Positions 44,770-49,355 of a stretch of DNA of 49,355 bases are shown piece after piece. The notes below the pieces were generated by a model. The model saw nothing but the letters and a program-made list of their open reading frames with translations, did not search any database and was not told where the DNA came from. Positions within the stretch are counted from its first letter, which is position 1. Every line of letters begins with the position of its first letter. A program made the position numbers and the translations under genes. This DNA comes from a virus (taxonomy: Duplodnaviria > Caudoviricetes). The stretch covers positions 1-49,355 of IMG/VR virus record IMGVR_UViG_3300032212_000020. One strand, given 5' to 3'.

Positions 44770-44856
44770 AGTCAAGGTCACACTACTCGGTGCGGATCTT
44801 GCACGCAACGATGTGCGCCTGAAACTCTGCGGTCGGACACAAACCAGATGGCTTCC

Positions 44857-46473
44857 CTACGCCGCCCGCCGCCCCTCCCACTCCGCGTGCCCAAGCACCC
44901 GCGCGATCTCGTACCCCTCGGGCGAGAACAGGTGGCAGTCCATCCGCCTCTCGGCGCCCGTGTGCCCGGCGCCCTCGGCCCACCCGCACGACCCCGACAG
45001 CGACGGCCAGAGCACCCAGATGGCCCCGCCCGTGTCCTTCGTGTGGTCGTGGTGGAGGTGGCCCTGGTAGCAGCGGCGCAGGCGGCTCCGCCCCCACAGC
45101 TCGGCCTCTTCCTGGGCGAAGAGCTCACGCAGCTTCGTGGGCTTCATCCGGTGACCGTGGTCGAACTGGAAGCCGCAGGCCCCGTACGACGCGTAGAGCC
45201 GGCGTTTCACGGCCCAGGTCACCGACACCCGTCCGTCCGTCTGCTCGGCGAGGATGCGCAGCGCGGCCCCCGTGGCAGCCTCAGCGCCCTCCCCGTGGTT
45301 CCCGGGGGTGAGGTAGGCGTCGACGGGCGCCAGGCCCCCCAGCGGCAAGATGAGGCGCACCCAGAGCAGGCGGATGGCCTCCTCGTGAGCGATGCGCGGG
45401 TCCTTCTCGCAGACCTGCGGCGTGCCCTTCGAGGTCGCCCGCGCGTGGAGCTCGGTGTGCTCGTTGTCGCCCGCCAGGTGCAGGATGATGCGCTCAGGCC
45501 GGCCGCGCATCTCCAACTCCGCGATGATGCGAGCGAGCGAGCGGTCCAGGCAGGCCACCGCGGTGTCGCAGTCGTAGGGCGTGCGGCTCTCGGCCCCGGC
45601 CCGCATGTTGTAGTGCCAGTCGCTCAGGCCGATGACGGCGGCGTAGGGCTCGTGGGCGGCCCGCATCGGCGTCCGCGGCACCGTCACCTCGCCCCCGACG
45701 AGGTCGGACACCGCGGCCCGCGTCGCCGTCCGGATGCTCTGCTCGAGGTCGGCCCACTTCTCGGCGTCCTTCTCCATCTGGCGCTGGACGGCCCGCTCGA
45801 CCTTCCGGCCCACCTTCGCGCGCCGGAGGTGCAGCGCGTCCTCGACGAGGTCGTCCGCGCTCTCGGCCGCCTCGATCTGCTCGTCGGTGAACGGGTCGTC
45901 GGCGTGCGTGATCGCCAGCTTCCGGAGGACGGACGGGAGCAGCGGGCGAGGGATCTCGTACTTCCGAGCGAGCTCGGCCTGCGTCGCTCCCCGGCCCACC
46001 ATGGTCGAGTAGTCGGCGCGCAGCGAGCGGACGACGTCGCCGGGCAGGCTCACCCGGTGCGTGCCCCCGCGCCGGCCGTTGACCTCCACCCGGTAGACGT
46101 CGGCGTCCTCGTCGAAGTCGTAGTCGGCTTCGCGGACGTCCTCGACGACGACCGCGGGTGCGCTGGCGGCCGCCGAGGGGGCGGGCGCAGGGGGCGCGAC
46201 GGACGCGCGCAGGGCCACCGGGTCGTCGCAGTAGGGCCCGGGGTCAGCGTAGCCCCGCGGCCAGTGCTCGGGCGGCGTCTCCAGCTTCAGCACCCCGACG
46301 ACGTGCCGAAGGAACCGGGCGACGCCGAAGGAGCAGCCGTAGCGCTCGCGGATGTCGTTCACCCGCATGCCCGCCAGGTCCGGGCCGTGGGCGGTCCACA
46401 GCTCCAGCGCCGGGGGGAAGTCGGGAGCGCAGTGGTCCCGGCGAAACTTCTCCCAGCGGACGCGGACTGGCAT
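44857..46473 (-). CDS. Calcineurin-like metallophosphoesterase with N-terminal HTH and coiled coil
   Basis: LSDWH, AGDNEH, PGNHG, DHGH, GHLHH; HTH ATQAELARKYEIPR. Confidence 0.85.
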   Translation of the reverse strand: MPVRVRWEKFRRDHCAPDFPPALELWTAHGPDLAGMRVNDIRERYGCSFGVARFLRHVVGVLKLETPPEHWPRGYADPGPYCDDPVALRASVAPPAPAPSAAASAPAVVVEDVREADYDFDEDADVYRVEVNGRRGGTHRVSLPGDVVRSLRADYSTMVGRGATQAELARKYEIPRPLLPSVLRKLAITHADDPFTDEQIEAAESADDLVEDALHLRRAKVGRKVERAVQRQMEKDAEKWADLEQSIRTATRAAVSDLVGGEVTVPRTPMRAAHEPYAAVIGLSDWHYNMRAGAESRTPYDCDTAVACLDRSLARIIAELEMRGRPERIILHLAGDNEHTELHARATSKGTPQVCEKDPRIAHEEAIRLLWVRLILPLGGLAPVDAYLTPGNHGEGAEAATGAALRILAEQTDGRVSVTWAVKRRLYASYGACGFQFDHGHRMKPTKLRELFAQEEAELWGRSRLRRCYQGHLHHDHTKDTGGAIWVLWPSLSGSCGWAEGAGHTGAERRMDCHLFSPEGYEIARVLGHAEWEGRRAA

Positions 46474-46549
46474 GCGAAACCCCCGTGTAGGAGGGCAACG
46501 TAAGGTAGTCGGGGAGACGGGTCCAACCTGGGCGGTGGTCGGGCGGCCT

Positions 46550-46789
46550 CTACTCGACCGCGTGCACCAGGTCCTTCCATGACCGACCACACATCGTGCA
46601 GATCGGAGGGTGCGACCGCGTCCGAAGCATCTCCGCGATGGGGAGCATGGGCGCCAGGGGTAGGTGCCGGACTGGCTCGCCCTCGCCGTCGCATCGCCGG
46701 CACCGGCTCATCGAGTCGCAGGACGGCAGCCCACCCGCGAGAGCAGGAGGCATGTCCGGGGTCGGGCACGTGCAGGCTGAGTCAGCCAT
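46550..46789 (-). CDS. Small Cys-rich protein
   Basis: GAGAGG SD; CTC, CRRC, CTMC. Confidence 0.5.
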   Translation of the reverse strand: MADSACTCPTPDMPPALAGGLPSCDSMSRCRRCDGEGEPVRHLPLAPMLPIAEMLRTRSHPPICTMCGRSWKDLVHAVE

Positions 46790-46831
46790 CGCGGCCTCTC
46801 GTGGGGGTTGGTGCGCGCACTGCGTGCGAGG

Positions 46832-47062
46832 ATGCACGCCCAGGCCGACACCAGCAAGGGCTTCACAGTGCCATCACCTCCTCGACCGCTTCCCATCATC
46901 CGCACCCGCTGCCCGCGCTGCGGAGGCGAGGCCATCGCCCGACCCTACCGGGTCGAGGCCCGGCTGGTCGAGGCGTGCACGGTCGCAGGGTGCTGGTGGA
47001 CGTCAACGGAGGAGCAGGCGCAGAGCATAGGGTCGCCCCGACGCATCACCCGACCCGAGTAG
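46832..47062 (+). CDS. Small zinc-ribbon protein
   Basis: CPRCGG...CTVAGCWW. Confidence 0.45.
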   Translation: MHAQADTSKGFTVPSPPRPLPIIRTRCPRCGGEAIARPYRVEARLVEACTVAGCWWTSTEEQAQSIGSPRRITRPE

Positions 47063-47336
47063 AGGCCCACTCCCCATCCCCGGCCTCTCCCGGGAACCGC
47101 CCCTCGACCACGTCCTGCAGCCCGCACGTGCACCGCCCCGGCACCGTGAGCACCCCGTACGGCCGCGGCCGATGGTGCTCGCAGTCGGCGGCGTGCACGG
47201 CGTAGGACTTGAGCCGCGCGGCCCCCTCGGCGGCACGGAGCACGGCGGCCAGGTCCCCGCGGCACATGCGGGCGGCGCCCGGGGGCAGGTCGAGGGCGGC
47301 ACGGAGGCGAGCGCAGGCGGCGGCGAGGTCGGTCAT
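47046..47336 (-). CDS. Small protein with HxxxC...CTCGL motif
   Basis: HAADC...CTCGL phage zinc motif. Confidence 0.5.
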   Translation of the reverse strand: MTDLAAACARLRAALDLPPGAARMCRGDLAAVLRAAEGAARLKSYAVHAADCEHHRPRPYGVLTVPGRCTCGLQDVVEGRFPGEAGDGEWASTRVG

Positions 47337-47419
47337 CCGGCGACCGTAGGCGTCGGCCGGCGCAGGGTCCGGTCACACGATGCCCGCGGTCAGATCTGGG
47401 CAGGAAGAAAAGTGCCGCA

Positions 47420-47472
47420 GACACAATAAAAGTGTTGGCGATACTATCTGACCCCATTAAGACACTTGTGTC
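47420..47472 (+). promoter_or_regulatory. AT-rich promoter region with ACAC/GTGT dyads
   Basis: TTGGCG 47435 -17 bp- TAAGAC 47458; TACTAT 47442; GACAC-TT-GTGTC 47461. Confidence 0.55.
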
Positions 47473-47533
47473 CGGCGGGGAACTCGCCGGAACCCGCCCG
47501 GGGGCACCGGGCACACTCCACAAGGAGCACACC

Positions 47534-47845
47534 ATGGTGACCGTTCAGGTCCTCATCCCGGTGGCCGACAACGACGGCGCGGTCTTCACCGCCCCCGAGT
47601 TCAAGGCCTTCGAGGCTGAGGTTCTGCGGTACTTCGGCGGCTTCTCCGAGCTCCCCGGCCGCGTGTCGGGCGGCTGGCAGGACAACGGCGTGGTCTACGC
47701 GGACGAGCTCATCGTCTACGAGATCGCGGTCGGCGGCCTGCTCGCCAACTCGGAGAAGCTGGCGGCGGTGGTCGCGTTCGCCCGGGAGGCCTTCCGTCAG
47801 GAAGCCATCGGCGTCCGCTACCTCGGCCACTTCGAAGTGCTGTGA
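47534..47845 (+). CDS. DUF3574-like small protein (PII-like pattern)
   Basis: LIPVADNDG...FGGFS...GGWQD...YADE...FRQEAI; AAGGAG SD. Confidence 0.6.
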   Translation: MVTVQVLIPVADNDGAVFTAPEFKAFEAEVLRYFGGFSELPGRVSGGWQDNGVVYADELIVYEIAVGGLLANSEKLAAVVAFAREAFRQEAIGVRYLGHFEVL

Positions 47846-47907
47846 GCCAGCGGGCTCGCCCCTCCGGGGGCGGGCCCCACCCTGCCGGTCGCCACGCGGA
47901 GCACACC

Positions 47908-48567
47908 ATGATCCAGACCAACACCACCGACCAGTACCCGACGCGGTACGCGGCGTTCAGCGCGCCCGGGCGCCTTGTCATCCTCGCCCCGGGGGCGGAC
48001 GGCCTCATCGGCGGGCCGAACACCGACCGCCGGCGCGCCCCCACCGAGCTCATGCACGGCGGGCGGGAGCTCGCAGTCTTCTCGGAGCCGATGCCCAACG
48101 CAGCGCGGCCGCACCTGACCGACGGCGTCTACCTCGAGGTCGTCCGCAAGCACGACAAGGGCGACGCGGTCGCCGTGACCGTGCACGCCAGCGCGCCGAC
48201 GCTCTCCCGCCGGCAGCGGGCCCGTCGCGAGGCCTTCGCCAGCCTGAGCGACGCCCTGGAGGCGGTGCCGCCCCTCATTGCGGAGGCTCGCGCCTGGTGC
48301 CGGCGTCACGCGGACCACGAGCGCGTCTTCGACCTCGACGGGCGAGCGCTGTGCGTCTGCCCCGACGGGGATGGGTGGGTGCTCACCCGGCCGAACGGCA
48401 CCCCGCTGGTCCGCTTGGACGGCGACGGTCACCCTTCCTGGGTCCGGCACACCATCGCCCATCGCCACACCTTGGAGACGCTCACCGCGGCCGCCCTGGC
48501 CGCGCTGACGCCTTCCACAGGCACTGCCCGCCCTGCCGGTCAGCTCCCTCTCTTCTCCGCCGCCTGA
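47908..48567 (+). CDS. Hypothetical protein
   Basis: GGAG SD; GC3-biased ORF. Confidence 0.65.
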   Translation: MIQTNTTDQYPTRYAAFSAPGRLVILAPGADGLIGGPNTDRRRAPTELMHGGRELAVFSEPMPNAARPHLTDGVYLEVVRKHDKGDAVAVTVHASAPTLSRRQRARREAFASLSDALEAVPPLIAEARAWCRRHADHERVFDLDGRALCVCPDGDGWVLTRPNGTPLVRLDGDGHPSWVRHTIAHRHTLETLTAAALAALTPSTGTARPAGQLPLFSAA

Positions 48568-48582
48568 GCCCATGGAGGCCTC

Positions 48583-49355
48583 GTGCACACTCTGACCCAC
48601 ACCACCGCCGCCGGCGAGCGGCTGACGCTCTCGCTGACGGACGACGAGCTCGCGTTCTACCAGCGCGTCCGGGACCTCTGCGACGACCCGTCGAAGAACA
48701 TCGGGGACGTGGTCGACCTCGCCTGGAGCGACGAGAACCCCATTCTGGAGCCGTCCCCCATCCCGGGCCGGGGCTTCATCACCGCCGCCGTGCACGCGCG
48801 CCCGGCGTACCACGCGATCCACGACCTCGTCTGGACGAAGCGGGTGCACGACCGGGTGGTCACGGAGCCCGCGCAGGGCTTCGACCTGTCCGTCGCCGAT
48901 GCCGCCGCCCGTCTGGGGATCTCGGAGGGTGCCGTGCGGAAGGCGATGCAGACGGGCCGGCTCCCCCGGCAGAAGCGCAAGAACAAGCTCTTCACGACGT
49001 CCGCCGCCGTCGCCGCCTTCGTCCCCAGCTCGCGGGGGCCGCAGTCCGGCAAGCGCACCCGGAAGGGCGCCGCGGGGGCGCTGCGCGTCGTCTGGGGCAG
49101 CGCGCCCGGCCTGCACTTCGACATCGTCTCGGACGGGCAGCGCGTCGAGGAGTCTCGGGACGGCCAGGTGCGCACCGGCCGGCTCGAGGGCTGGACCTGG
49201 GCGTTCGTGAAGTCGAAGCGGGAGGGCGTAGCCCGAGGCTGGCTCATCACGCCGGGCGGCACGACCGAGCAGGTCACGAACGAGCCCTTCGGCGTGTGGG
49301 GGGCGGTGACCGTCGCCGAGAACCACAAGGACGGGCGGGTGTCGCCGGCCTGGAA
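48583..49355 (+). CDS. Protein with central excisionase/HTH_17-like domain; runs off the window
   Basis: Not in the ORF track; GGAGG SD, GTG start; LSVADAAARLGISEGAVRKAMQTGRLP. Confidence 0.7.
   Translation, partial: MHTLTHTTAAGERLTLSLTDDELAFYQRVRDLCDDPSKNIGDVVDLAWSDENPILEPSPIPGRGFITAAVHARPAYHAIHDLVWTKRVHDRVVTEPAQGFDLSVADAAARLGISEGAVRKAMQTGRLPRQKRKNKLFTTSAAVAAFVPSSRGPQSGKRTRKGAAGALRVVWGSAPGLHFDIVSDGQRVEESRDGQVRTGRLEGWTWAFVKSKREGVARGWLITPGGTTEQVTNEPFGVWGAVTVAENHKDGRVSPAW

Larger units (their letters stand above)
1..49355. mobile_element. Temperate tailed phage / prophage (siphovirus-like morphogenesis), incomplete at both edges
   Basis: Ordered terS-terL-portal-protease-capsid-neck-tube-TMP-tail-lysis module, divergent XRE repressor pair, RecT/YqaJ and a replication module; no sheath gene; no host housekeeping genes; ORFs open at both ends. 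Confidence 0.95.

Overview
The window is a near-complete, very GC-rich temperate tailed phage or prophage with lambdoid organisation. Both terminal ORFs run off the window edges, and no integrase is visible. The layout has five parts. (1) 1-14.5 kb is a leftward, translationally coupled early/accessory operon: R2K-clade ATP-grasp enzyme, cyclic-phosphate-processing-type receiver, DUF4406-like protein, RHH protein, two divergent DNA methyltransferases, DUF1643, XF1762-like and ASCH-like proteins, a CheY-like receiver next to a four-wHTH protein, then RecT and a YqaJ-like exonuclease. (2) 14.5-16.6 kb is a cI/cro/cII-like switch with paired operators. (3) 16.6-20.9 kb holds RusA, a replication initiator with internal iterons and a helicase-loader-like gene. 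(4) 21-43.6 kb holds a counter-oriented PIN two-gene moron, a lipoprotein, then terS, terL (with two zinc-ribbon insertions), portal, protease, capsid, neck, a sheathless tail and an amidase lysis cassette. (5) 43.8-49.4 kb holds a DUF3800 (RNase H-like) gene followed at once by a compact four-helix-junction RNA structure, a large metallophosphoesterase and a small rightward operon. The best candidates for undescribed biology are the DUF3800 + structured-RNA moron, a nested ~200-nt RNA structure between terL and portal, a recurring parS-like GTTTCA/TGAAAC element at late-region gene junctions, an orphan array of TGTGCCA repeats, and the PIN module with a non-canonical partner. All family assignments come from motif recognition by eye; no database searches were run.
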